This document shows positions 11,648 through 21,497 of a stretch of 64,000 bases of DNA, piece by piece. The position numbers and the translations under genes were made by a program. Under the pieces are notes generated by a model. It saw only the letters and a list, made by a program, of their open reading frames with translations, was not told the DNA's origin and did not search any database. This DNA is from Cellvibrionales bacterium (GTDB taxonomy: Bacteria; Pseudomonadota; Gammaproteobacteria; Pseudomonadales; UBA7434): assembly GCA_041941365.1 (NCBI GenBank), contig JBGTQK010000001.1, positions 190,727 to 254,726 of the forward strand. The letters are read 5' to 3'. Each line of letters begins with the position of its first letter. Positions within the stretch are counted from its first letter, which is position 1.

Positions 11648-13126
11648 GTGAGTAGTGAAAATCATAATCATCTACACCATAAGCCAGTGGTTAGGCGACG
11701 AACAAAGATTGTGGCTACGTTGGGGCCGGCATCCAGCTCTGCTGAAGTTATTGGTGAAATGATCGATAACGGAGTGAATATTTTTCGCCTGAATTTTTCT
11801 CATGGTGATCATGCAGCGCATACGACTAATGTTAAAACAATTAGAGAGTTGGCTGAGGTAAAAAAGCGTCATGTCGGTATTCTAGGCGATCTACAAGGAC
11901 CCAAGATTCGATTGGGGAATTTACAGGAAGAGAGTAAACCCTTATCGCTTGAGCAAGAGCTTGTTTTAACAACGGATGAAGCGACAGCAGACAGTCGCAA
12001 TGATCGTATCCATGTCAGCTATGAACCATTACCGGTATCAGTTTCTAACGGTGATACCTTGTTGTTGGATGATGGTCGAATACGTCTGCAAGTAACGAGT
12101 GTTGCGGGTAATGATGTGCACTGTAAAGTGATTCAACCAAGTACATTAAGTTCACGAAAAGGCATTAATAAATTGGGTGGTGGTCTGGCAGCGGATGCAA
12201 TTACTCCAAAAGATATGATCGATTTACAATGTATTATTGATAATGCATTAGAGTATGTTGCCGTTTCATTTCCATGCAAAGGTAGTGATCTGGATCCTGT
12301 TAAGGAGGCACTTTATAAGTCGGGTTCATCGGCTAAAATTATCGCTAAAATTGAGCGTGCAGAAATTGTTGCTACAGATGAAGCGCTAAAAGAAATTATT
12401 GATGCAGCTGATGGTGTCATGGTGGCTCGTGGTGATTTAGGTGTAGAAATTGGTGATCCACAATTAGTAGGTGTACAAAAGAAAATTATTCACTTTGCCC
12501 GTTTGGCTAATAAACCTGTGATAACAGCAACACAGATGATGGAATCCATGATTACTGAACCGGTACCAACTCGGGCCGAGGTATTTGATGTAGCCAATGC
12601 TGTTCTTGATGGTACTGATGCAGTCATGCTCTCTGGTGAGACAGCAATGGGTAAATTGCCATCGGCTGTCGTTAGAGCGATGTCAGAAACAGCATTGGGT
12701 GCTGAGCAACATCCTTTGGTGAGAAAGTCCGATTATAGAATTTCTCAGACATTCGAAAAGATAGATGAATGTATTGCGATTTCTACTATGTACGCCGCTA
12801 ATCATATTACTGGGATAGAGGCGATTGTTTGTTTAACAGAGTCGGGCACTTCACCGTTAATCGCTTCTAGAATAAGTTCAAGCTTGCCAATTTATGGTAT
12901 GTCGAGGCACTTATCGACATGCCGGCGGATGGCACTTTACAGGGGGGTTGTGCCAATACATTTTGACGTAACCAAGGTGGGCGATGACCCCTGGATAGAG
13001 GCACTCAAATGTTTAGGAGAGCGAGGAGATTTGGGTCCCGGGCAGCGAGTGGCTGTGACATGTGGCGATTTTGCAGGTCAGGGTGGATCGACAAATACAC
13101 TCAAAATTCTGGAATACAATCCATAG
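11648..13126 (+). CDS. pyk: pyruvate kinase
   Basis: 492 aa, GTG start after a GGGAG Shine-Dalgarno. Motifs RRTKIVATLGPAS, NFSHG, GDLQGPKIR, MVARGDLGVEI and TATQMMESM. Confidence 0.95.
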   Translation: MSSENHNHLHHKPVVRRRTKIVATLGPASSSAEVIGEMIDNGVNIFRLNFSHGDHAAHTTNVKTIRELAEVKKRHVGILGDLQGPKIRLGNLQEESKPLSLEQELVLTTDEATADSRNDRIHVSYEPLPVSVSNGDTLLLDDGRIRLQVTSVAGNDVHCKVIQPSTLSSRKGINKLGGGLAADAITPKDMIDLQCIIDNALEYVAVSFPCKGSDLDPVKEALYKSGSSAKIIAKIERAEIVATDEALKEIIDAADGVMVARGDLGVEIGDPQLVGVQKKIIHFARLANKPVITATQMMESMITEPVPTRAEVFDVANAVLDGTDAVMLSGETAMGKLPSAVVRAMSETALGAEQHPLVRKSDYRISQTFEKIDECIAISTMYAANHITGIEAIVCLTESGTSPLIASRISSSLPIYGMSRHLSTCRRMALYRGVVPIHFDVTKVGDDPWIEALKCLGERGDLGPGQRVAVTCGDFAGQGGSTNTLKILEYNP

Positions 13127-13332
13127 ATTACGAGAAAGACAGTAATCTTGGAAAACAAGCCATAATAATGGTAAAAATATTTTCAAGAGATTGTCATCTA
13201 TACATATTTTTTTAACAAAACTGTCATACTTGGGCTTTATCTTTCCATCCACATTAATGGTTGTCTTATGCTAGTTGTAACATGGCTTAAAAGCGCCTTT
13301 GTGCAACGATAATCCTATGATGGAGGCTTCAA

Positions 13333-14070
13333 GTGAATCAGTTGGCCACACAAACAGAATTTGTTTCTATGCTTAAAGTTCTTATTGTTGATGATGAACC
13401 ACCCATTCGTGAAATGGTACGAATGGCGTTGGAGCTTGAAGGGTATCAATGTTATGAGGCAGGTTCAGCAAATGAAGCGCTTCCTATTATTGTTGATGAA
13501 CGTCCAGATCTTGTGATTCTTGACTGGATGATGCCAGAGGTCAGTGGTCTTGAATTGCTCAGACGTGTGAAGCGTGACGAGCAAATAAATGAAATTCCAG
13601 TGATTATGTTAACAGCCAAAACAGATGAACAAAATACGGTTTCTGGCCTCGATGCTGGTGCGGATGACTACATTCACAAACCGTTTAGACCCAGAGAATT
13701 AATTTCACGTGTTAGAGCAATCGTTAGGCGTAGCGGTAAACTGACTGATGATCAAATGCTCAGCGTGTCTGGTTTAGCTCTGGATCCAATGGCACACCGT
13801 GTCTTTATAGAAGACCGACCAATCTCGATTGGACCTACAGAGTTCAAATTACTTGAGTTTTTCATGAGCCATATCGAGAGAGCATATACGCGAAGCCAGC
13901 TACTGGATCATGTTTGGGGTAGTAATGTATATGTCGAAGAAAGGACTGTCGACGTGCATATCAGACGCTTGCGCAAAGCATTAAACCCTGATTTTGCTTC
14001 TATCAATTATGGCAATTATATCCAAACGGTAAGAGGGACAGGTTACCGTTTTTCTGACAGATTACTTTAA
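13333..14070 (+). CDS. phoB: phosphate regulon response regulator PhoB (OmpR family)
   Basis: Receiver domain (LIVDDE...DLVILDWMMP...TAK) plus a winged-helix output domain (VDVHIRRLRKAL...IQTVRGTGYRF). It lies immediately upstream of phoR. GTG 13333 is preceded by GGAGG (13322-13326). ATG 13372 is an alternative start. Confidence 0.9.
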   Translation: MNQLATQTEFVSMLKVLIVDDEPPIREMVRMALELEGYQCYEAGSANEALPIIVDERPDLVILDWMMPEVSGLELLRRVKRDEQINEIPVIMLTAKTDEQNTVSGLDAGADDYIHKPFRPRELISRVRAIVRRSGKLTDDQMLSVSGLALDPMAHRVFIEDRPISIGPTEFKLLEFFMSHIERAYTRSQLLDHVWGSNVYVEERTVDVHIRRLRKALNPDFASINYGNYIQTVRGTGYRFSDRLL

Positions 14071-14229
14071 TTTCCCAGATTACTCACTCGACTAATCACA
14101 TAATACTCTATAGACTAGATTTCTTAAGGAAAGAAGTCGGTTCAAGCGTGTCTTGAGCTTATTCTTTGAATCTAACATATAACAATTCATTAACGTTTAA
14201 CTTCCGGTTTTAACCTTCACTTGGATTAG

Positions 14230-15600
14230 ATGAATTCTCTTTTTAGGATCACAATCTTACGGCTCACTCTGGTATCTGGAATAGGTTTTCTCATTGGAGA
14301 CTTATTTGGAAAAGTGGCGTTGGGTGTGTTGGTAGCAGTAATGGGCTATCTGGTGGTTTTCTTGTTGAATTTTAGACGTTTTCAGTCATGGATGGACTCG
14401 GGTTTTACATCGGATAGATATAACCCAATGGCAATCAGTTACTGGTCGTCTATAAAACATCAAATTGAAAGGCGCTTTAAGCTTTTTGAAGATGAAAAAA
14501 TAGCGCTATATCAGGATGTCGAGTTTTTTAGAGATTCATTTCAAGCGTTAGATAGTGCAGTAGTTGTAGTAGATAGCAAGGGTTTAATTACCTGGGCAAA
14601 TCAGCAATCAATAAAATTGTTGGGTATTGATATACAGAAGGATAAAGACCGAGTATTGCTTAATTTATTAAGAGAGCCAACGTTTAAAAGTTATTTTCAG
14701 GAGAAAGATTTTTCTAAACTATTAAAAATTGATTCGCCACTTAGTGCAGATGTTAAGCTCGAAATTCAAATTAGTGAGTTTCGTGAAGGTTCTTCGTTAA
14801 TTTTTGCCAGAGACATTACTGAGCTCGTGCAGCTTGAAAATGTGAGGCGAGATTTTATCGCTAATGTTTCTCATGAGCTAAGAACACCTCTTACTGTTAT
14901 CAATGGTTATCTAGAGATGTTTAAAGATATGTTAGGCAGTGCAGAAGATGAAAATGCTGAATCAGTGGAAAAGGCTCAACCGGTGATTCCAGCAAACTTT
15001 AACCGAATCTTCGAGCAAATGCTTAGCCAGTCTCAGCGGATGGAAGGGATGGTAAATGACCTGTTATGGCTTTCCAGAATTGAGTCAATGCCGGCCCCTG
15101 CTCAGTTGGAAAAAGTTCCGGTAGAAAGTTTAATACGTGGCATTGTGCAGGATGCAGAAATCGCTGCCAAGAATAAGCAGTTCACTTTGGAGTTTGACTT
15201 GCCAGAGAATTCAGAGTTTGCTTTGCCTTTATGTATAGCGGGTAGTTATGAAGAGTTAAGAAGCGCATTTAATAATCTGGTTAATAATGCGGTCAAGTAT
15301 ACACAGGAAAATGCCGAGATTCAGATACGTTGCTTTCAGCAAGGTGATACATATCGAGTCGCTGTAAAAGATAATGGAGAAGGCTTTGATCCTGTGCATA
15401 TACCACGATTAACGGAACGTTTTTATCGTACAGATGAGAGTCGGAATTCAACCACAGGGGGTAGTGGTCTGGGTTTGGCGATTGTAAAGCATGTGCTTCA
15501 AAGGCATTCAGCAAATCTGGAGATAGAGACTGCAATAGGTAAAGGAAGCAAATTTACTTGTGTATTTCCGCTTGATAGATTGGTTCAAAAGGAAAATTGA
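14230..15600 (+). CDS. phoR: phosphate regulon sensor histidine kinase PhoR
   Basis: Two closely spaced N-terminal TM helices with almost no periplasmic loop, a PAS-like segment, H-box FIANVSHELRTPLT, N-box NLVNNAVKYT and G-boxes DNGEGF/GGSGLGLAIVK. Adjacent to phoB. Confidence 0.92.
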   Translation: MNSLFRITILRLTLVSGIGFLIGDLFGKVALGVLVAVMGYLVVFLLNFRRFQSWMDSGFTSDRYNPMAISYWSSIKHQIERRFKLFEDEKIALYQDVEFFRDSFQALDSAVVVVDSKGLITWANQQSIKLLGIDIQKDKDRVLLNLLREPTFKSYFQEKDFSKLLKIDSPLSADVKLEIQISEFREGSSLIFARDITELVQLENVRRDFIANVSHELRTPLTVINGYLEMFKDMLGSAEDENAESVEKAQPVIPANFNRIFEQMLSQSQRMEGMVNDLLWLSRIESMPAPAQLEKVPVESLIRGIVQDAEIAAKNKQFTLEFDLPENSEFALPLCIAGSYEELRSAFNNLVNNAVKYTQENAEIQIRCFQQGDTYRVAVKDNGEGFDPVHIPRLTERFYRTDESRNSTTGGSGLGLAIVKHVLQRHSANLEIETAIGKGSKFTCVFPLDRLVQKEN

Positions 15601-15660
15601 CAGGTTATAAGTTTATTCCAAAAAGTTATTAGAAATTTATCTCTTTATACCTTATTGTTT

Positions 15661-15695
15661 GCGCCCTAAAATAAGGGTGGCTTTCCCCTTTTTTT
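15661..15695 (+). terminator. possible intrinsic terminator after phoR
   Basis: In GCGCCCTAAAATAAGGGTGGCTTTCCCCTTTTTTT, either GCCCT/AGGGT or AAGGG/CCCTT can pair, and a 7-T run follows. The stem is short and GC-poor. Confidence 0.35.
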
Positions 15696-15766
15696 AAAAA
15701 CTTTTAAATTCAGGTGCTTGCGAATAGAGTGGCTGAATACTTAATTTAATTGGAAATCGAATCAAC

Positions 15767-16447
15767 GTGGATACTTTAGGTCTCAGTAGCGCAGTTAGTG
15801 AAGAACGTTTTGATATAGAAAATATCGAAGCTCTCAATGCGATCAATGCCAGGTTAAAAAATGCATCGCCTGATGAAATAATCCAGTGGGCACTTAGTCT
15901 AAATAAAAAGACGATATCTACCACCAGCTTTGGAAAAAATGCTGCGGTGACTTTGCACATGACACAGAAAGTAGCGCCTGATATGCCAATTATATGGGTC
16001 GACACTGGCTATAATTTGCGTGATACCTATGTTGTTGCCGAAAAATTAATGAACCAGCTTGACCTAAATATGAAGATTTATTCGCCGCTCATTACCTCAG
16101 AACGACGAAATGCAATAATGGGTGGAATTCCAACTATTGAGGATGAAGATCTTCATAAAGAGTTTACCCATCAAGTCAAGCTAGAGCCTTTTGCAAGAGC
16201 GATCGATGAATTAAAGCCTGAAGTCTGGATAACGGGTATACGCCGTGAAGAGACTGATCATCGAAAAACACTTGATATTGTTAGTGTGGATGCGCGTGGA
16301 ATATTGAAGGTAGCCCCCATTTTTTATTGGTCTGATGAGCAGGTGGAGGAGTACATGTCTGAGCATCAGTTAATCACATGTCGTCACTATTTTGATCCCA
16401 CAAAGGTGCTCGATGGTAGAGAGTGTGGATTGCACACTTCAGCTTGA
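15767..16447 (+). CDS. cysH: phosphoadenosine phosphosulfate (PAPS) reductase
   Basis: 226 aa, GTG start. PP-loop-like region SFGKNAAVTLH, motif VDTGY and the C-terminal hallmark ECGLH. It has no CC...CxxC Fe-S motif, so it looks like the thioredoxin-dependent PAPS type rather than the APS type. Confidence 0.85.
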   Translation: MDTLGLSSAVSEERFDIENIEALNAINARLKNASPDEIIQWALSLNKKTISTTSFGKNAAVTLHMTQKVAPDMPIIWVDTGYNLRDTYVVAEKLMNQLDLNMKIYSPLITSERRNAIMGGIPTIEDEDLHKEFTHQVKLEPFARAIDELKPEVWITGIRREETDHRKTLDIVSVDARGILKVAPIFYWSDEQVEEYMSEHQLITCRHYFDPTKVLDGRECGLHTSA

Positions 16448-16644
16448 TTATAAGCACTGAACCTGTCGAGAAAGTATACTTTTTCTCTATTTTATATCTA
16501 AAGTAAAGTCTTTAAGTATATTGTAATAGCCTGTTTTTAAAAAAGAAAATTCTAAAAGGTATATTCTTCGCTTTATTTCGTTGGCATTAAATGTTGAAGA
16601 GATGGTTGTCAGTCATTGATTAAAGTAAAGCCGGGGTATATTAA

Positions 16645-17142
16645 TTGTTAAGGTTTTTGTGTTTGTTTTTTTTCTTTTCATCCGTTTGGATGAAGAGTCA
16701 GTTTGTTTATGCAAATCCTCAAAACATTACTTTGCAGTCTGATGAAGCGGGTGACGCTGTCCAGATTGTTTCTCCTGCTGATGTAATGAGAGATGCATGG
16801 CAGGTGGGTAAAGATCAGGGTAAGCCAGTAATGCTGGTTTTGGGTTCTGAGGCCTGCGACCGTTGTGCTTTATTAAATCGTTATCTTGATGATAGTGAGA
16901 TATATGAAAGAGTATCAAATCAATTTGTAATCTTAAGTGTTAATGTTGCAATGGGTAAAGCAACATTAAAAGCAAGACGCCTGTTAGAAGAAAGTTTTCC
17001 TGCTATTGTATTGATGGATATTGAGCAAAGTTTTGATGCCTTGGTTGATACGGATCAATTAGTTACATTTTCTCCAGAGCCCCAGATGCCCATATTTACC
17101 TGGTTAGAGTATATTCTGGAATATACTCATAGTCCCTCATAG
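16645..17142 (+). CDS. secreted thioredoxin-fold protein (CxxC)
   Basis: 165 aa, TTG start. Signal peptide (MLRFLCLFFFFSSVWMKSQFVYA/NP). GKPVMLVLGSEACDRCALLNRYL matches the thioredoxin-like pattern with a CDRC redox motif. Confidence 0.6.
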   Translation: MLRFLCLFFFFSSVWMKSQFVYANPQNITLQSDEAGDAVQIVSPADVMRDAWQVGKDQGKPVMLVLGSEACDRCALLNRYLDDSEIYERVSNQFVILSVNVAMGKATLKARRLLEESFPAIVLMDIEQSFDALVDTDQLVTFSPEPQMPIFTWLEYILEYTHSPS

Positions 17143-17158
17143 TCCTGTTTGGATAACT

Positions 17159-18031
17159 TTATTCTTCAACTAACAGTTCCTTAAAGGCAAAAGCGGCATT
17201 TGATAAATCCCTTCCATTGTGTTCAATGATGCCCAATGTCCTCTCTATGTAGGTGTCAGGGACATGTATGCGTTCCAGGTTTTCAATCATGGTTTTGGGA
17301 AGAATGCTCCAGCCAAGTCCTATAGAAACCATCATTTTAATGGTTTCCAGATAGTTTGTGCTCATGCTTTTATTGAGGGTAAGATTTTGCTTGTTGAAGG
17401 TTTCTGCCACCATTCTTCCGGTATAAGTATTTTCGTTTGGAAGAATCGCATTCAGGGATGCAAGAGTATTGAGTGTAACATCGTCTCTAAGGTGAAGTTC
17501 ATGGTCCTGGCTGCAAACAAAAATTAAAGGGTCTTTCCATAGAGGTGTTGTTTTGATGTCTCTAAGGGATGACGGCGTCAACGTTATAACCCCTAGTTCA
17601 ATCTGACCATTTATTATCTTGTCGTAAGCTTGTTCAGAATCGATAAATTGTATGTTCAGGTTAACTTGTGGATAGAGTTCGTTAAACCTCTTCAGGTAGG
17701 GGGGTAATCGATGAAGACCAATATGATGGCTAAATGCAATGGATAGTGTTCCAGCAATACTTCCTTTAGCATTGTGAACGGCCTGGTTGGCTTCTTTGTG
17801 TGCCTGAAGTACCGCTACAGCATGAGGTAATAGTGCTTTTCCTGCTTCTGTCAGAAAGACTTTTTTATTTATCCTGTCAAACAAACGGCTCTCTAGTTGT
17901 GCTTCGAGTAGCGCAATGCGTTTACTGATTGCTGGCTGTGTGATAAATAATTTATCGGCGGCGGCTGAAAAGGAGCCATATTCTGCAATGGTCAAAAAGG
18001 CTTTAAGTGCTTGAGGGTCTAAGAGGTTCAT
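17159..18031 (-). CDS. LysR-family transcriptional regulator
   Basis: 290 aa. N-terminal wHTH (FLTIAEYGSFSAAADKLFITQPAISKRIALLE) plus a LysR substrate-binding domain. Divergent from leuC. Confidence 0.9.
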   Translation of the reverse strand: MNLLDPQALKAFLTIAEYGSFSAAADKLFITQPAISKRIALLEAQLESRLFDRINKKVFLTEAGKALLPHAVAVLQAHKEANQAVHNAKGSIAGTLSIAFSHHIGLHRLPPYLKRFNELYPQVNLNIQFIDSEQAYDKIINGQIELGVITLTPSSLRDIKTTPLWKDPLIFVCSQDHELHLRDDVTLNTLASLNAILPNENTYTGRMVAETFNKQNLTLNKSMSTNYLETIKMMVSIGLGWSILPKTMIENLERIHVPDTYIERTLGIIEHNGRDLSNAAFAFKELLVEE

Positions 18032-18221
18032 TTTTAATCAGCAGTTGCTGTTGAGTTCTGTCTGGTGTTTTGTAAGTATAGATTCCATTTGGTTATGAAA
18101 TCCATAAAAAATATAAATTTTATTTATGGTTGATGCTTGTGTATTATGAGTTTTATACAAGCTTTTTAATTTGCTTATTAAAGTATTTGTATATACAGAC
18201 AGATGAATGAGGAGTGCAAAA

Positions 18222-19649
18222 ATGGCGGGTAAGACGCTGTACGACAAATTATGGGATCAGCATTTGGTAAAGCAGCGTGATGATGGTACTGCTTTGATTT
18301 ACATTGATCGTCAATTAATTCATGAGGTAACTTCACCTCAAGCCTTTGAAGGATTGCGCTTGACAGGTAGGAAACCCTGGCGTGTTGAAGCAAATATTGC
18401 TACACCCGATCACAATGTTCCGACAACAACCCTGGAGCGCAAAGCGGGTCTGGATGGTATAGAAGATCAAGTTTCGCGTATTCAAATTAAAACCCTGGAT
18501 GAGAACTGCGATGAGTTGGGTATCACTGAATTTAAAATCAATGATATTCGTCAGGGGATTGTTCATGTGGTTGGGCCTGAGCAAGGTGCAACATTGCCTG
18601 GAATGACGGTTGTGTGTGGAGATTCGCATACATCAACTCATGGTGCACTAGGAGCATTAGCGCATGGTATTGGTACTTCAGAAGTAGAGCATGTTTTAGC
18701 TACCCAGTGCTTGTTACAGCGCAAAATGAAGAATATGTTAGTTCGTATTGATGGCAAGCTACGCCGAGGAGTTACCGCAAAGGATCTTGTATTAGCGGTC
18801 ATTGGTGAAATTGGTACTGCAGGTGGTACCGGTTATGCCATTGAGTTTGGTGGTGAAGCAATACGAGAGCTTTCAATTGAAGGACGTATGACCGTTTGTA
18901 ATATGGCGATAGAGGCAGGGGCTCGTGTGGGTTTGATTGCAGTCGATCAAAAAACTATTGATTATGTAGAAGGTCGTCCAATGGCGCCTAAAGGTGAGCA
19001 CTGGGATTTAGCCGTAACAGCATGGCGTGATCTTGTTAGTGATGACGATGCTGAATTTGATCATGTAGTAGTAATAAAGGCAGAAGATATAGCACCTCAG
19101 GTTACCTGGGGTTCATCGCCAGAGCTGGTTGGGGCGATAACTGACCGGATTCCAGAGCCTTCAGAAGAGCTTGATGAAACAAAACGAAAATCGTTAGAGC
19201 GAGCACTAAACTATATGGGGCTGGAAGGCGGTATGCCGATAAAGAATATTCCTGTTGATAAGGTTTTTATTGGCTCATGTACTAACTCAAGAATTGAAGA
19301 CCTTCGTGCGGCAGCAGATGTTGTAAAAGGACATAAAGTCTCAGACAAAATTAAACTGGCAATGGTAGTCCCCGGATCTGGTTTGGTGCAAAAACAGGCT
19401 GAAGAGGAAGGGCTGGATAAAGTTTTCTCTGAAGCAGGTTTTGAATGGCGTGAGCCTGGTTGTTCAATGTGTCTCGCTATGAATGCTGACAGGCTTGAAG
19501 AAGGTGAGCATTGTGCATCCACATCTAATCGTAACTTTGAAGGTAGACAAGGGTTCGGTGGGCGTTCGCACCTTGTCAGTCCTGCAATGGCCGCAGCGGC
19601 AGCTATAGCAGGTCGTTTTATTGATGTTAGAGAAATGGGAGAGGCTTAA
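18222..19649 (+). CDS. leuC: 3-isopropylmalate dehydratase large subunit
   Basis: Aconitase-family motifs ([35 protein letters not shown]). ATG 18222 ([11 protein letters not shown]) is preceded by GAGGAG, so I prefer it to the track start 18207. Confidence 0.95.
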   Translation: MAGKTLYDKLWDQHLVKQRDDGTALIYIDRQLIHEVTSPQAFEGLRLTGRKPWRVEANIATPDHNVPTTTLERKAGLDGIEDQVSRIQIKTLDENCDELGITEFKINDIRQGIVHVVGPEQGATLPGMTVVCGDSHTSTHGALGALAHGIGTSEVEHVLATQCLLQRKMKNMLVRIDGKLRRGVTAKDLVLAVIGEIGTAGGTGYAIEFGGEAIRELSIEGRMTVCNMAIEAGARVGLIAVDQKTIDYVEGRPMAPKGEHWDLAVTAWRDLVSDDDAEFDHVVVIKAEDIAPQVTWGSSPELVGAITDRIPEPSEELDETKRKSLERALNYMGLEGGMPIKNIPVDKVFIGSCTNSRIEDLRAAADVVKGHKVSDKIKLAMVVPGSGLVQKQAEEEGLDKVFSEAGFEWREPGCSMCLAMNADRLEEGEHCASTSNRNFEGRQGFGGRSHLVSPAMAAAAAIAGRFIDVREMGEA

Positions 19650-19651
19650 TT

Positions 19652-20290
19652 ATGAGAGTATTTACAGAACATAAAGGCATTGTTGCTCCGTTAGATATTG
19701 CCAATGTCGATACAGATATGATTATTCCCAAGCAATTTCTGAAATCAATCAAGCGTTCGGGTTTTGGTCCTTATTTATTTGATGAAATGCGCTATCTTGA
19801 TAAAGGAGAGCCAGATATGGATTGCACTCATCGTCCATTGAATCAGGAGTTTGTTTTGAATCAGGCGCGATACCAAAATGCATCGGTGTTACTATCACGC
19901 CGCAATTTTGGTTGTGGTTCCAGTCGGGAGCATGCACCCTGGGCGTTAGACAATTTTGGCATTCGTGTAATGATTGCGCCAAGTTTTGCTGACATTTTTT
20001 ATAACAACAGCTTTAAAAACGGGTTGCTGCCAATAGTGCTTGATGAAGCAATTGTTGATGGATTGTTTGCAGAGATTGCTGAGACGGAAGGCTATGAATT
20101 AGCTGTTGATCTTGAATCACAAACCATAATAAAACCATCGGGTGAAAGCATAGCTTTTGAAGTTGATGAATTCAGAAAGCATTGCTTGTTAAATGGTTTG
20201 GATGATATTGGTTTAACATTGCAGGATGCCGATGCTATTCGAGTTTTTGAAGAAAAGTATAAACAGCAGGCTCCCTGGTTATTTGCGTAA
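19652..20290 (+). CDS. leuD: 3-isopropylmalate dehydratase small subunit
   Basis: 212 aa. Motif [15 protein letters not shown]. It starts 2 nt after the leuC stop. Confidence 0.95.
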   Translation: MRVFTEHKGIVAPLDIANVDTDMIIPKQFLKSIKRSGFGPYLFDEMRYLDKGEPDMDCTHRPLNQEFVLNQARYQNASVLLSRRNFGCGSSREHAPWALDNFGIRVMIAPSFADIFYNNSFKNGLLPIVLDEAIVDGLFAEIAETEGYELAVDLESQTIIKPSGESIAFEVDEFRKHCLLNGLDDIGLTLQDADAIRVFEEKYKQQAPWLFA

Positions 20291-20341
20291 GCATAATTAG
20301 TCTGTGAACAAAGCAATCCGATTCAAAATAACGAGTTTATT

Positions 20342-21364
20342 ATGTCTAAAAACTATGATGTGGCTGTAGTTGGCGCAACCGGTGCAGTTGGCGAAACAAT
20401 GATGGAAATTCTTGAAGAAAGGAATTTTCCAGTTGGCAATTTATACCCTTTGGCAAGTGAGCGTTCGGTAGGCAAGCGAATTCAATTTAAAGGGCAGTCT
20501 GTTAAAGTGGAAAACCTTGCTGATTTTGATTTTTCTAAAGTCCAGATTGGTTTATTTTCTGCTGGAGGATCAATATCGGCTGAGTATGCGCCTAAAGCGG
20601 GTGAGGCGGGTTGTGTGGTGATCGATAATACATCCCACTTTCGCTATCACGATGATATTCCATTGGTTGTGCCAGAAGTAAATCCTGAGATGATCGCGGA
20701 ATATAAAAACCACAATATTATTGCCAACCCAAATTGTTCGACAATCCAAATGCTGGTCGCATTAAAACCGATTCATGATGCAGTTGGTATTTCACGTATC
20801 AATGTAGCAACTTATCAGGCTGTATCTGGTACTGGAAAAGAAGCAATAGAGGAACTGGCTGCACAAACAGCCAGGCTGTTAAATGCCCAGCCGATAGAGA
20901 CAAAAGTGTATCCTAAGCAAATTGCATTTAATGTGTTGCCACACATTGATACCTTTCAGGAGAATGGTTACACCAAGGAAGAAATGAAAATGGTTTGGGA
21001 AACACAAAAAATATTTAATGACCCTTCCATTGCAGTAAACCCTACATGTGTCAGGGTGCCTGTTTTCTTTGGTCATTCAGAAGCTGTTCATATTGAGACA
21101 AAAGAGCCTTTATCTGCCGAAGAAGCGCGCAAAATGCTTAAAAATGCTCCGGGCGTTTCTGTGCTTGATGAAAGAGAAGACGGTGGTTATCCTACAGCAG
21201 TAACAGATTCAGCAGGACAAGACCCTTGTTACGTCGGTCGTATTCGGGATGACATTTCACACTCGAATGGGCTTAATATGTGGATTGTGTCAGATAATGT
21301 GCGGAAGGGGGCGGCACTAAATAGCGTACAAATTGCCGAGTTCTTGATAAAAACGCATATCTAA
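20342..21364 (+). CDS. asd: aspartate-semialdehyde dehydrogenase, short (about 340 aa) form
   Basis: N-terminal NAD(P) fold VAVVGATGAVG, active-site NPNCSTIQ, AFNVLPHID...GYTKEEMKM, FFGHSEAVH and SDNVRKGAALNSVQIAE. It occupies the slot before fimV/truA where USG-1 or short Asd paralogues sit in other gammaproteobacteria. The catalytic residues look intact, but Asd versus an Asd-like paralogue cannot be settled by eye. Confidence 0.75.
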   Translation: MSKNYDVAVVGATGAVGETMMEILEERNFPVGNLYPLASERSVGKRIQFKGQSVKVENLADFDFSKVQIGLFSAGGSISAEYAPKAGEAGCVVIDNTSHFRYHDDIPLVVPEVNPEMIAEYKNHNIIANPNCSTIQMLVALKPIHDAVGISRINVATYQAVSGTGKEAIEELAAQTARLLNAQPIETKVYPKQIAFNVLPHIDTFQENGYTKEEMKMVWETQKIFNDPSIAVNPTCVRVPVFFGHSEAVHIETKEPLSAEEARKMLKNAPGVSVLDEREDGGYPTAVTDSAGQDPCYVGRIRDDISHSNGLNMWIVSDNVRKGAALNSVQIAEFLIKTHI

Positions 21365-21497
21365 CCAATACTTACCGAATATCAATGAGTTTTGGCTGCT
21401 ATACTGGCTTTGGCAGGCAGTGTCTTGTTGTTATATTTGTATGCGGCTTTTAAAGTGTCTGCTATCTTTGCTATAAAGCTACAGGATCTCAATAACT

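Noticed and set aside
13187-13230. Pho box upstream of phoB (TTGTCAT at 13191-13197 and CTGTCAT at 13221-13227)
   Set aside because: The two good half-sites are 30 bp apart, not on the 11-bp period. Neither has a second half-site 11 bp away, so the dimer-binding 18-bp architecture is absent. Autoregulation remains possible, but the sequence does not support it.
13009-13252. Track ORFs 13009-13215 (+) and 13013-13252 (-) at the pyk 3' end
   Set aside because: Both overlap the pyk coding end and the spacer, are out of frame with it, have no SD and give low-complexity translations. They are most likely chance ORFs in AT-rich DNA.
16645-17142. Thioredoxin-fold neighbour as the cytoplasmic reductant of CysH
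   Set aside because: The protein starts with a typical cleavable signal peptide (…SQFVYA/NP), so it is predicted to be exported.
18032-18221. Leucine leader peptide/attenuator or a real small gene (track ORFs 18038-18247 and 18178-18393) in the LysR-leuC spacer
   Set aside because: The only short ORF with an ATG here (MKSIKNINFIYG) has no Leu run, and no terminator/antiterminator pair is evident. The two track ORFs are low-complexity and overlap the leuC start or the promoter region without an SD. Control by the divergent LysR regulator is the simpler reading.
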